Shown in pieces: positions 10,520 through 20,153 of a stretch of 64,000 bases of DNA. Position 1 is the first letter of the stretch. Each line of letters opens with the position of its first letter. Under the pieces are notes generated by a model. That model ran no database searches. It saw nothing but the letters and a program-made list of their open reading frames with translations, and was not told the DNA's origin. Source of the DNA: a virus; the IMG/VR virus record IMGVR_UViG_3300005805_000042, one strand, 5' to 3'. Made by a program: the position numbers and the translations under genes.

Positions 10520-10899
10520 TGAAACTTACAGAAGTTTTCAAATTGTTAATTACCGAAATTGCTTCTGTTGATTCGGTAAGAAAATCTATTGAAGACAAAC
10601 AAAAAATCATCATGTATTATGATGGTGATGAACCAGGTGGTAGAGGTTTGAGACTTATCGAGCCTGTTGCCCTTGGAAGAAGTAAAAGAGGAAATTTAGT
10701 TTTACGGGCTTGGGATGAAGAAGGTGCTTCACACCGAGGGTATTTGGGTACACGCCCAATGCCGGGATGGAGATTATTTAAACTCGATAAAATACTGTCT
10801 TACAAACCATCAGGTGAAAATTTTAACACACCAAGACCAAATTTTAACTCAACTGGTGACAAAGACATGACAAGTATTATTATTATAGCAAAATTCTAA
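10519..10899 (+). CDS. Stand-alone WYL-domain protein
   Basis: IIMYY...RLIEPVALG...LVLRAWD...WRLFKLDKI matches the WYL pattern (Y..R.VEP.L..YL.AW..R.FRLDRI); no HTH. Confidence 0.7.
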   Translation: MKLTEVFKLLITEIASVDSVRKSIEDKQKIIMYYDGDEPGGRGLRLIEPVALGRSKRGNLVLRAWDEEGASHRGYLGTRPMPGWRLFKLDKILSYKPSGENFNTPRPNFNSTGDKDMTSIIIIAKF

Positions 10900-10902
10900 G
10901 AA

Positions 10903-11487
10903 ATGGATTTAGAGAAAATTATGTTATCAAAGGCTATCATGGATAGACATAGCCAAATGGATTCGGGTAACACCCCTAAACCAAAATCTAACACGGTATT
11001 GGAAAACTATGATGCTCCTCAAGCAAAGTACAATATTCCACAAGAATTTATGACCGAAGCACCACAGAGAATGCAAATGCCCCAAACGGCTTCAATTCCT
11101 GTAAGCCCATTTTCTAACAAACCATACCCTGTAGCCTCGGCGGATGCTATTAAAAATTCTAAATTACCAGACGCAATCAAAAAGTTAATGATTGAACACC
11201 CTATCGAACAACCAAACTCAATGTCGGGTGGAGCGGTTTTATCTGATGAATTAGTTGAAAGAGCATCAAGGCTTATGGGAAATAGTAAAAAACCAATTGT
11301 AGAACAAGCCGTACCACAACAAAATACAAGTGACTTAAGAAGGGTTCTAAAAGAAGTTGTTCAAGAAGTTTTAACTGAAAATGGGTTATTGATGGAAGGG
11401 GCCGAAAAGTCCAACGAAGTGTTTAGGTTTCAAGTTGGTAAACATTTGTTTGAAGGAAAACTCACAAAAATCAAAAAGTTGACTTAG
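10903..11487 (+). CDS. Hypothetical protein
   Basis: ORF in operon; DLRRVLKEVVQEVLTE segment resembles the leader-motif family. Confidence 0.6.
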   Translation: MDLEKIMLSKAIMDRHSQMDSGNTPKPKSNTVLENYDAPQAKYNIPQEFMTEAPQRMQMPQTASIPVSPFSNKPYPVASADAIKNSKLPDAIKKLMIEHPIEQPNSMSGGAVLSDELVERASRLMGNSKKPIVEQAVPQQNTSDLRRVLKEVVQEVLTENGLLMEGAEKSNEVFRFQVGKHLFEGKLTKIKKLT

Positions 11488-11542
11488 GTACTTTTCATTT
11501 GTGTAATGATTTCTTATATTTTATGGAACTAAAATATAATTC

Positions 11543-12757
11543 ATGTCACAAATAAATGTATTAGTAGTACCATCTGACCGATTTGGTGTCGGAAAATTTA
11601 GGTCTATTGAACCCCACACTTTTTTACAAAATAAATTTCCTCAAGATTTTCACATTGAGATAGACCTAAACCCTCCTATGGATAACTTGGATTTTTATAA
11701 AAAATTCCAACTTGTTGTTTACCATAGAAGTATTACAAATGACTTTGAAAAGTCATACGAGCTTGTAGAAAATTTGAAAAAAATGGGTATTATCACAGTT
11801 TGTGATATGGATGACTATTGGAATCCAACAAAAGACCACCCAATTCACGATATTATTATTTACAATAAAATTAATGAAAAGATTGTTAATAGTATCAAAC
11901 AATCTAATTGGATTACAACAACAACACCACTTTTTGCTGAGGAAATTAGAAAATATAATAAAAATGTTTTTGTTCTCCCTAACGCAATCAATCCTAATGA
12001 AGCTCAGTTTAAAGAACCAACAATTGAACACGAAAAATTAAGGGTTGGATGGTTAGGAGGTTCATCACACTTATCGGACCTCCAACTTTTGGATTCTTCA
12101 TTTGCTAAATTAACCTCCCATTACAAGGACCTTCAATTTGTTATCTGTGGTTTTGATACAAGAGGAACCATTACTGAAATTAATGGTCAAACTGGTGAGC
12201 ACAAAAAAAGACCAATTCGTCCTGAAGAAACCGTTTGGGCTCGTTATGAAGAAATCTTCACACAAAATTACAAATATGTAAGCCCCGAATATGAAAAAGT
12301 TTTAAAAAAATATACCCAAGAAGAATACCCTGAATTTTCAGATGAGTCCTACCGAAGAGTGTGGACTCTACCGGTCACCTCATACGCGAGAAACTATGCA
12401 AAACTTGATGTATCTTTGGCTCCGATTAAAAATCATATGTTCAATAGAATGAAATCACAACTTAAAGTGATTGAGGCAGGATTCTACAAAAAAGCTTTGA
12501 TTGCTACTGATTTGGGTCCATATACAATTGATTTGAAACATTGTTTGAAAAATGGTGAGTTTACAGATGGAAATGCGATGTTAGTTGATGAAAACCGTAA
12601 TCATGGTGATTGGGCTAAATTTATCGTAAAACTAATTAAAAACCCAAATTTAGCAAAAGACATGGGTGAAAGATTATATGAGACAGTAAGTAAAAAATAC
12701 GATTTGAATATTGTAACAGCAGAAAGAGCAGAATTCTACAAAAGTTTAATTAAATAA
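11543..12757 (+). CDS. GT-B fold glycosyltransferase (GT4-like)
   Basis: DMDDYW, VLPNAI, RVGWLGGSSH, DVSLAP..FN..KSQLKVIEAG..KALIATDLGPY. Confidence 0.85.
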   Translation: MSQINVLVVPSDRFGVGKFRSIEPHTFLQNKFPQDFHIEIDLNPPMDNLDFYKKFQLVVYHRSITNDFEKSYELVENLKKMGIITVCDMDDYWNPTKDHPIHDIIIYNKINEKIVNSIKQSNWITTTTPLFAEEIRKYNKNVFVLPNAINPNEAQFKEPTIEHEKLRVGWLGGSSHLSDLQLLDSSFAKLTSHYKDLQFVICGFDTRGTITEINGQTGEHKKRPIRPEETVWARYEEIFTQNYKYVSPEYEKVLKKYTQEEYPEFSDESYRRVWTLPVTSYARNYAKLDVSLAPIKNHMFNRMKSQLKVIEAGFYKKALIATDLGPYTIDLKHCLKNGEFTDGNAMLVDENRNHGDWAKFIVKLIKNPNLAKDMGERLYETVSKKYDLNIVTAERAEFYKSLIK

Positions 12758-12765
12758 AAATCAAA

Positions 12766-13476
12766 ATGATTAAAACACCAATAAATAAAATCCTTTTTTT
12801 GGATATTGAAACCGTAGGTCTTGAAAAAAACTATGACGACCTACGCACCAATCATCCAAGAATTGCCGACCAATTTGACAAATATTTTGATTGGTTCTTA
12901 AAAAGATTTCCCGAAGATAAAGAAATTCAAGAAGACCAAAAAAATGTTGTTTTTGCAACTCGAGCAGCACTTGTACCTGAGTTTGCCAAAGTTGTTTGTG
13001 TCAGTGTTGCATTTGTTCTAATCAACGGAGAGGTAAAGAAACAATCATTTTCCGGAGATGATGAAAATCAATTGTTACGAGATTGTCAAAACCTATTAGA
13101 TAGATGTGGTAAATTGGACTTTTGGTTATGTGGACATAACCTAAAGAATTTTGATATTCCAATGTTGGCTAAAAGAATGTTGATTCAAAATATTCTTCCA
13201 CCCTCCATTCTTCCCTCTTACGATACGAAACCATGGGAAGTAAAAGCGATTGACACAAAAGAGGTGTGGCAATTCGGTGCATACACAGCAATCGGTTCAT
13301 TGGACTTACTATGTGCCTGTATGGATGTACCATCACCCAAAGAAGGGGAAGTTACTGGTTCTAAAGTTCACGACGCTTATTGGAATAAAAACATGTTAAA
13401 AGAAATTACCGAATACTGTGAACGAGATGTACAAGTATTGGTGGATGTAATTCAAAAATTAAAATCTTTAAAATGA
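12766..13476 (+). CDS. DEDD 3'-5' exonuclease related to the PolB proofreading domain
   Basis: LFLDIET (ExoI), GHNLKNFDIP (ExoII), YCERDV (ExoIII). Confidence 0.85.
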   Translation: MIKTPINKILFLDIETVGLEKNYDDLRTNHPRIADQFDKYFDWFLKRFPEDKEIQEDQKNVVFATRAALVPEFAKVVCVSVAFVLINGEVKKQSFSGDDENQLLRDCQNLLDRCGKLDFWLCGHNLKNFDIPMLAKRMLIQNILPPSILPSYDTKPWEVKAIDTKEVWQFGAYTAIGSLDLLCACMDVPSPKEGEVTGSKVHDAYWNKNMLKEITEYCERDVQVLVDVIQKLKSLK

Positions 13477-14102
13477 ACGACTATCAAGAAAACCAAGAAA
13501 ATATCGATGATTTAATCGACGCGGAGTTACAAAAGTTAATCGAAGAAGTTGAAAAATTAACTTTTAATTCCTTAAACTCTGAAACCGAATCTGAAGATGA
13601 GAAAACTTTGAACAAAAGTCTATCAGAATTAGATGATTTTATGGAACAAGAATTTTTAAAAATTGAATTGCCATTACAAAAACTTCACCACGATGCGATA
13701 GTACCTTCTTACGCGTATATTTTGGATTCGGGATTTGATTTATACAGCATCGAAGAAATTGAACTCTTACCATTCGGTAGAGCATTAGTCCCAACAGGTT
13801 TAGCCTTCGAAGTACCTGATGGTACAGAACTTCAGATTCGTAGTAAAAGTGGACTTGCAATAAACCAAGGTTTAATGGTGTTGAATAGTCCCGGCACTGT
13901 TGACTGTGGATATCTTGGTGAAATTAAGGTAATTGTTATGAATATGAACAACCATAGTGTTACAATAGAAAAAGGTACGAAAGTAGGTCAAGGGGTTTTA
14001 TGTCCAGTTTATAACGGTAAACGGCTTAAACTAATCGAAAAAGAAAGTTTAGGAACTTCTGACAGAGGAAATAAAGGTTTTGGTAGTACAGGTTTAAAAT
14101 GA
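13473..14102 (+). CDS. dut: dUTP diphosphatase with acidic N-terminal extension
   Basis: SGFDLY, VPTG, RSKSGLA, GTVDCGYLGEI, GQGVL, RGNKGFGSTG motifs. Confidence 0.95.
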   Translation: MNDYQENQENIDDLIDAELQKLIEEVEKLTFNSLNSETESEDEKTLNKSLSELDDFMEQEFLKIELPLQKLHHDAIVPSYAYILDSGFDLYSIEEIELLPFGRALVPTGLAFEVPDGTELQIRSKSGLAINQGLMVLNSPGTVDCGYLGEIKVIVMNMNNHSVTIEKGTKVGQGVLCPVYNGKRLKLIEKESLGTSDRGNKGFGSTGLK

Positions 14103-15733
14103 TTACAGTTGGATATTCCACAAGAAAGCATAATCCCGAATTAATTGAATACTTCAAAAAATCATCGGGAAATCCAAAATATGTTGAAGTTATTGAAAAA
14201 ATTAACAACGGGGAAAAATCTCTTTCTCAGGTTTATAATGAGATACTTGAAGAATCACAAAGTGACATTGTAATTTTTTGTCACGATGACATTTATTTTG
14301 ACACAAATGCTTGGTATTCAAAAGTTATAAGAAACTTTGAAAAAAATGATTTTGGAATTATTGGTGTCGCGGGTACACCAAATTTACCAAGTTCAGGTCA
14401 ATGGTGGGAAGACCGAAGAAAGATGGTTGGAATTGTCAATCACGAAAGTAACGGAAAAAAATGGGAATCAAAATATTCCTCGAATTTTGGTAATGAAATT
14501 AGACAAGTAGCTATTGTTGATGGTCTGTTTATCTCAGTCAACAAAAAAAGAATTAAGAAAAACTTTGTTGAGGAATTCCAAGGATTTCACTTTTATGATT
14601 TACCTTTCTGTCTTGAAAATCATTTAGAAGGGGTAAAAATCGGTGTTTGTACAAACATTAGAATTACTCACAAATCAATTGGGCAAACCAATACCCAATG
14701 GGAAGAAAATAGACAATTATTTATTAAAAAATATTCTCACAATCTACCAATCAAAATTCCTTTTGACCCTGAAAGACAAATGAAAGTTTTGATTTCTTGC
14801 ATGTTCTTTAGGACCTTTACGGGCTCCGAAATTTATGTTTATGAATTGGCAAGAGCACTTCAAAAACAAAATTGTCAAGTTACCGTACTTTCTCAAATAG
14901 GGGGTCCCCTCACTGATTTAGCGAAAAAAGAGGGTATTAAATGTTTACCATTTGAAGAATCACCAGGTTTTAAAATGGGAGATGGTAAATGGATGGTTAT
15001 GGGTCCTGATGGAAAACCACAAGTCTCAACACCAACTACTTTGTATAAAATATCTGAAGTTGATTTTGACATCATTCATGTTCAACACAAACCCGTTGCA
15101 GAAAGAATCATCAATCTATACCCTATGATTGATAAAATTTCAACAATTCATTCTGAAGTTATTGAATTAGAAGACCCTGTTATTCATGATTCAATAAAAC
15201 ACTATGTTGCCATTCGTCCTGAAATTAAACAATATTTAGTAAATAAATTCGAAATCCCTGAAAACAAAATTTCTATAATTTACAATCCTGTAGATAAAAA
15301 TAAATTTCCAACATCCCCTAAAAATGAAAAAGGTTACATTCTTTTTGTCGGTACAGTTGATTATCTTAGAGAATTAGCAATCAAAGATGCTGGCGAATAC
15401 GCGATTTCTCTTGGAAAAGAACTATGGTTAGTTGGTGAAGATAAATCTATTTATTTAAAAAGTTACTTGGAACATCCCGCAATTAAACATTTTCCTCCTA
15501 CATGGAATCTTAAACCTTTTATCGAAGGGGCTTATGAAACTGCTGGTATTCAATTAGGAAGGACAACAATAGAAAGTTGGATGAGTGGCAAAGATAGTTG
15601 GATTTATAAAGTTAACGAGAGCGGTGATATTATTTCTAAAGAAAAAACTTCACCACCCGAAGACATTGAAAAGTTTTATTCTGAAAATGTCGCAAAACAA
15701 ATCCGTGAATTATTTATAAAAGTTCTATCATAA
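14099..15733 (+). CDS. Two-domain glycosyltransferase (GT-A/GT2-like N-terminal + GT-B/GT4-like C-terminal)
   Basis: IFCHDD..., VAIVDGLFI, GFHFYD (GT-A); FTGSEIYVYELARAL, FVGTVD, GRTTIESW (GT-B). Confidence 0.8.
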   Translation: MITVGYSTRKHNPELIEYFKKSSGNPKYVEVIEKINNGEKSLSQVYNEILEESQSDIVIFCHDDIYFDTNAWYSKVIRNFEKNDFGIIGVAGTPNLPSSGQWWEDRRKMVGIVNHESNGKKWESKYSSNFGNEIRQVAIVDGLFISVNKKRIKKNFVEEFQGFHFYDLPFCLENHLEGVKIGVCTNIRITHKSIGQTNTQWEENRQLFIKKYSHNLPIKIPFDPERQMKVLISCMFFRTFTGSEIYVYELARALQKQNCQVTVLSQIGGPLTDLAKKEGIKCLPFEESPGFKMGDGKWMVMGPDGKPQVSTPTTLYKISEVDFDIIHVQHKPVAERIINLYPMIDKISTIHSEVIELEDPVIHDSIKHYVAIRPEIKQYLVNKFEIPENKISIIYNPVDKNKFPTSPKNEKGYILFVGTVDYLRELAIKDAGEYAISLGKELWLVGEDKSIYLKSYLEHPAIKHFPPTWNLKPFIEGAYETAGIQLGRTTIESWMSGKDSWIYKVNESGDIISKEKTSPPEDIEKFYSENVAKQIRELFIKVLS

Positions 15734-16449
15734 TGGTTATATTAACAACAACTTTCAACTGTGAAAATTATGTTGAACGCTCTTTAATGAGCATAATGAG
15801 CCAAAGATTTTCAGACTTTAGATGTTTTATCACAGATGATATGTCAACAGATAAAACCATCGATATAATTAAACAAACTGTTGGTAACGACCCTCGTTTC
15901 GTTTTAATTCAGAATGAGGAAAAAAAATTTCAACCAGGAAATTATGACCAAGTAATTCGAGGAATGGATATAGATGACAATGAAATTTGTGTTGAAGTTG
16001 ACGGCGATGACTGGTTACCTAATTCAAATGTTTTTTCTTATATCAACGAACTATACAATAAAAAAGATATTTGGTTAACAAGTGGCTCATTTAAATACCA
16101 TGACGGGAGAAAAGGTTTTGCTAATCCACCAACTAATTTTGAAAATTTAAGGGGTCAAACATTTACCTTGTCACACCTAAGGACTTGGAAAGCATGGCTA
16201 TGGAAAAAAATTAACCAGGATGACCTAAAAGATGAGAAAGGTAATTATTGGAATGTTGCCGGTGATTTATCTTTCATGTTCCCAATGATAGAAATGTCGG
16301 GAAAAGAACATTTTGAATTTATCGATGAGATTATGTACATATACAACGAATCTAACCCAATTAATGACCACAAAGTTAATATTCAAAATGTAATTTATAC
16401 CGCTAACAAAATAAGAACAAAAACACCTTACAAATTACTTATTAAGTAA
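15733..16449 (+). CDS. GT2-family glycosyltransferase
   Basis: ILTTTFNCENYVERSL, ITDDMSTD, VEVDGDDWL. Confidence 0.9.
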   Translation: MVILTTTFNCENYVERSLMSIMSQRFSDFRCFITDDMSTDKTIDIIKQTVGNDPRFVLIQNEEKKFQPGNYDQVIRGMDIDDNEICVEVDGDDWLPNSNVFSYINELYNKKDIWLTSGSFKYHDGRKGFANPPTNFENLRGQTFTLSHLRTWKAWLWKKINQDDLKDEKGNYWNVAGDLSFMFPMIEMSGKEHFEFIDEIMYIYNESNPINDHKVNIQNVIYTANKIRTKTPYKLLIK

Positions 16450-16491
16450 ATAAAAACTACAACAAAATAAAATAATCTTTATATTAAACCT

Positions 16492-17754
16492 ATGAATAAG
16501 AAAAACCCATATGAGTTGATTACGCCTTATAGATTTGACTTGATAATCAAATATTTGTATGCTAACTCAATCGTAAAAAATATAAAATCCGATGTTTATA
16601 AAAACTTTTATAAAGAACATTTAAGACTTTGGAATAATTTTAGAGAATATGATAACCCCAACAAAAATACATTTGAGGCTTTTGATGAAGATTTTCACAA
16701 AATAATAAATTCGTTCAAAACAGATGGGTTTAACCCAGAAATTTCTGAGGTACCAATTTTAGAGGATAAATATATTGTGAATGGTGCACATAGAGTCGCT
16801 GCAGCATTAGCAACAAACCAAGAAGTTTTTGTTAGAGATGCTAATATGCCACATGATGGTCAAAAGGATTGTTCATGGAAAAATCATTTTAGTACTTTGA
16901 GTTTACCAGAAAATATCTGCGATAGAACCGCAGTAGAATATGCAAAATTGAAAAAAAACACATATGTGTTGACTTTGTTCCCGACTGCTAAAGGAGAATA
17001 TCAAAAAGCAATTGATGTCATAAACCGATATGGTAGATTAGTTTATTATAAAAGATTAGACTTAAAAAAACATGCACCTTTAAATCTTATGCGAGAGTTT
17101 TATGCTGGGGAAGCCTGGGCTGGGGGACCGCACGACAATTGGCACGGATACCGAATGAAAGAAGGTCTCTGTTTCACTAATGATTCCCCAACCTACGCAT
17201 TTCTGATAGAACTTGACGAAATGGAAATTGGTAAATCAGTCAAAAATGATATTCGAAATATGTTTGGAGTCGGTAACCACTCGGTACATATAAACGATAC
17301 TCATGAACAAACTGTGAGACTTTCACAAATTGTTTTTAATGATAATAGTATTCACCATATAACTAATACTCCACCAGTTTTTTATTCGAAATTTCAAAGA
17401 GCTATTGAACGTTTTAAAAAATTCATTATCGACAATAATTTGGACATTGATGACTATGCAATTACGGCTAGCTCAGTATTGTCAATTTATGGTCTTAGGG
17501 AAGGTGATGATTTGGATTATTTGCATCATACTGATGTTTTGATACATGATGATGAAAATATGATTCATTCTCATAATCAATATGGCTTGGATTTATACGC
17601 ATTAAATTATGATGAAATAATTCACAACCCAGAAAATTATTTTTACTCCCAAGGGGTAAAATTTGTTTCACCAAAAATCATCAAAGATTTAAAGGTTAAA
17701 CGTAACGAACCAAAAGATGTTACAGATGTTGCTTTAATTGATTCAATTTTATGA
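16492..17754 (+). CDS. Multidomain protein: ParB/Srx-like N-terminal region and nucleotidyltransferase-like C-terminal region
   Basis: SFKTDGF...VPI...YIVNGAHRVAAA (ParB-like); ITASSVLSIYGLREGDDLDYL (Pol-beta-like D.D). Confidence 0.5.
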   Translation: MNKKNPYELITPYRFDLIIKYLYANSIVKNIKSDVYKNFYKEHLRLWNNFREYDNPNKNTFEAFDEDFHKIINSFKTDGFNPEISEVPILEDKYIVNGAHRVAAALATNQEVFVRDANMPHDGQKDCSWKNHFSTLSLPENICDRTAVEYAKLKKNTYVLTLFPTAKGEYQKAIDVINRYGRLVYYKRLDLKKHAPLNLMREFYAGEAWAGGPHDNWHGYRMKEGLCFTNDSPTYAFLIELDEMEIGKSVKNDIRNMFGVGNHSVHINDTHEQTVRLSQIVFNDNSIHHITNTPPVFYSKFQRAIERFKKFIIDNNLDIDDYAITASSVLSIYGLREGDDLDYLHHTDVLIHDDENMIHSHNQYGLDLYALNYDEIIHNPENYFYSQGVKFVSPKIIKDLKVKRNEPKDVTDVALIDSIL

Positions 17755-18623
17755 AAAAGATTTATTTCGCACCAACACCCTGGTCATCGAGCGCGAATGT
17801 TTTAGAAGATTATCGATTTCAAACCCCAAATAATTTGGGTGTCTGGGAAGATATTCAAGCAACAACAAGTATCGATGAGGCTGAGTATTTGGTGATTCAA
17901 GATGAATGTAATGATAAGAATATATTAGATAGGTTTGAACCCAAAAAAAGGTTGTACTTTAATAGAGAGGCTCTATCAACTCATTTGAAAAACAAATATC
18001 CGCAATCTGAATTTAATAGATTCAGTTTCTGGGATGGTAGTGGTTATTTACCAACCAGGTGGTGGTATGGAAACAACTGGAGTAGTGGTGGTATTAATAA
18101 AAATTATGATGAATTAATTGATTTTAATATTCCTGAAAAAACCGGAAATTTGTGTTGTATACTATCTAATAAAGTGATGAATGAAGGTCACGAACTAAGA
18201 AAAGATTTTACAAAAAAATTATTGGAAAAATATGATTTCGATTTATATGGTTCTGTAAGTTTTGCTAACAAAACATTACCAAATAATGACAAATTTGGTA
18301 CCGTAAAAAATTATAAGTACTGTCTTGGTTTTGACAACCAAGATTTTATTAAAGACTTTTTTGGGACCCCACTCACAGATTCTTTGTTGTCTTGGACGGT
18401 ACCTATTTTTTGGTGTGGACAAGACCTCAAAAAATATTTTCCAGAGGGTTCCTTTATTCAATTCGATGCTAGAAAAAAAGAAAGTGAAATGAATAGAATT
18501 ATTGAAATTATCGAAAACGATGATTACGAAAAAAGAATCCCTTTGATAAAGGAGGCTAGAGAAAACATTTTAAAAAAATATAATTTTTGGCCAACAATAA
18601 AAAAAGTTATTGATAATGATTAA
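17751..18623 (+). CDS. GT10 (alpha-1,3-fucosyltransferase-like) glycosyltransferase, variant motif
   Basis: GHELRK, FDLYG, YKYCLGFDN...LTDSLLSWTVPIFW...FPEGSFI. Confidence 0.7.
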   Translation: MKKIYFAPTPWSSSANVLEDYRFQTPNNLGVWEDIQATTSIDEAEYLVIQDECNDKNILDRFEPKKRLYFNREALSTHLKNKYPQSEFNRFSFWDGSGYLPTRWWYGNNWSSGGINKNYDELIDFNIPEKTGNLCCILSNKVMNEGHELRKDFTKKLLEKYDFDLYGSVSFANKTLPNNDKFGTVKNYKYCLGFDNQDFIKDFFGTPLTDSLLSWTVPIFWCGQDLKKYFPEGSFIQFDARKKESEMNRIIEIIENDDYEKRIPLIKEARENILKKYNFWPTIKKVIDND

Positions 18624-19428
18624 ACCTAATGTCTATATCACAACTTGTGATGCAAATATTTTTATAGTTAAGTATTTCCAATACTTTTTTAACAAGTATT
18701 GGGGAAAACACATTAAAGTAAAAATTTTAGGATTTTCACCACCAGATTTTGAATTGGCTGATAATTTTGAATTTATATCATTAGGGAAGGAACAAATCGG
18801 AGGTGCGAATGGCTGGTCAAATTATTTAATTGATTTTTTTAGTAGTATCGATGATGAATATTTTGTTTACGGATTAGATGATTTCATGATTGCTCGAAAT
18901 GTTGATGAAGAAGTTTTTGAAACAGCATTAAGCTTATTAGATAAAAATACTGGTAGAATAGATTTACAACCTTCATTACAATATGCAAGACCCCAACATT
19001 TTGTCAAAAACTACACAACAAAAAATGATATTGAATTCCTTTCTTTAGTAGAGTCTGGTCATGGAACAAATCTTTATCAAAATGCTGCAGCATTCTCTAT
19101 ATGGAATAGAAAATGGTTTTTAAAAAATATTAGAAGAGATTGGTCCCCCTGGGATTGGGAAATTACTGGTAGTATGAGTTTGGCTGATGGTGACGGTTTT
19201 AATGTTATTGGTTCCAAAAACAGATGGGCAATCAGAAAACTCGAGTTATTGAGTAGTCAATGGCCAGGTGTTATAAATGTCAGAGGAATTTTACCCGAGG
19301 ACGTTGAAGAAATGAAAAAATTGACCAGCAATTCAGATAGGATAACTAATTTAAAACCTATAATGGATGAAAAATGGTATTATGAAGTTCCCGGTGGAAA
19401 TTGGGAGCAAACTATCTTTAATAATTAA
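18616..19428 (+). CDS. Putative GT-A-like glycosyltransferase
   Basis: YFVYGLDDF acidic motif, SIWNRKW..WSPWDWE; located in glycan cluster; second ATG chosen as start. Confidence 0.45.
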   Translation: MIKPNVYITTCDANIFIVKYFQYFFNKYWGKHIKVKILGFSPPDFELADNFEFISLGKEQIGGANGWSNYLIDFFSSIDDEYFVYGLDDFMIARNVDEEVFETALSLLDKNTGRIDLQPSLQYARPQHFVKNYTTKNDIEFLSLVESGHGTNLYQNAAAFSIWNRKWFLKNIRRDWSPWDWEITGSMSLADGDGFNVIGSKNRWAIRKLELLSSQWPGVINVRGILPEDVEEMKKLTSNSDRITNLKPIMDEKWYYEVPGGNWEQTIFNN

Positions 19429-19433
19429 TTTTA

Positions 19434-20141
19434 ATGATTCTCGATAAATATAAATCAATTTATTTCCACGTACCAAAATGTGCTGGTAGCTCTATAAATA
19501 AATTTTTATTACCGTTTAGTGAAGATATCCCTTGGGAGAACAAACCTGTGAGATATGGTTCAATTATGATTAGAAGAGAATCTCAAGAAGACCATTCATA
19601 TTGGGGTGAGGGTTATATGCACGCAACTGCTTTAGAAATGCAAAAATTTATGGGTGATGAGAAATTTAAATCCTATTTTAAGTTTGCGGTTGTTAGGAAT
19701 ACATACGAAAGAATTTTATCCTTACTTTTTTGGGAAAGGGACCACAAAACTTTCGAATTAAATTCTGTCAAAGAAGTTATTCAATACAATGGTGTTAAAG
19801 GTGCTCATATTGTTGATTATAAAAATGCAAAAATACCTCAATCCCGCGGAGCGTCCCCAATTAATTTTTTCTTGTGCGATGAAAATGATAATCTCATGGT
19901 GGACAAAATAATTGATTGCTCAAATCTAGAACAAGAATTTAGTCAGCTTATGTCCACTTTAGGTTTACCAGAAACTAATTTCGATATAAAAGTTAATACA
20001 ACTAATCATAACCATTATTCAAATTATTACACTCAAGAAATTATTGATTTAATAGACGAGGTTTATGAACTTGAAATTAAGAAATTTGGATTTAAATTTG
20101 ATGATAAAAGCGGAAGAAATTTAAAAGGAATTCTTTCATAA
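19434..20141 (+). CDS. Sulfotransferase family 2 (carbohydrate sulfotransferase-like)
   Basis: YFHVPKCAGSSI (5'-PSB), FAVVRNTYERILS (3'-PB), C-terminal VYELEIKKFGFKF. Confidence 0.85.
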   Translation: MILDKYKSIYFHVPKCAGSSINKFLLPFSEDIPWENKPVRYGSIMIRRESQEDHSYWGEGYMHATALEMQKFMGDEKFKSYFKFAVVRNTYERILSLLFWERDHKTFELNSVKEVIQYNGVKGAHIVDYKNAKIPQSRGASPINFFLCDENDNLMVDKIIDCSNLEQEFSQLMSTLGLPETNFDIKVNTTNHNHYSNYYTQEIIDLIDEVYELEIKKFGFKFDDKSGRNLKGILS

Positions 20142-20153
20142 AAAATATAAAAA

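Noticed and set aside
11498-11522. Host-type promoter for the glycan operon (TTTG...TATATTTT)
   Set aside because: Spacer is 13 nt rather than ~20 and the -7 box is imperfect; not supported enough to annotate
16492-17754. ParABS partition system
   Set aside because: No ParA, no HTH, no parS repeats; the context is glycan biosynthesis
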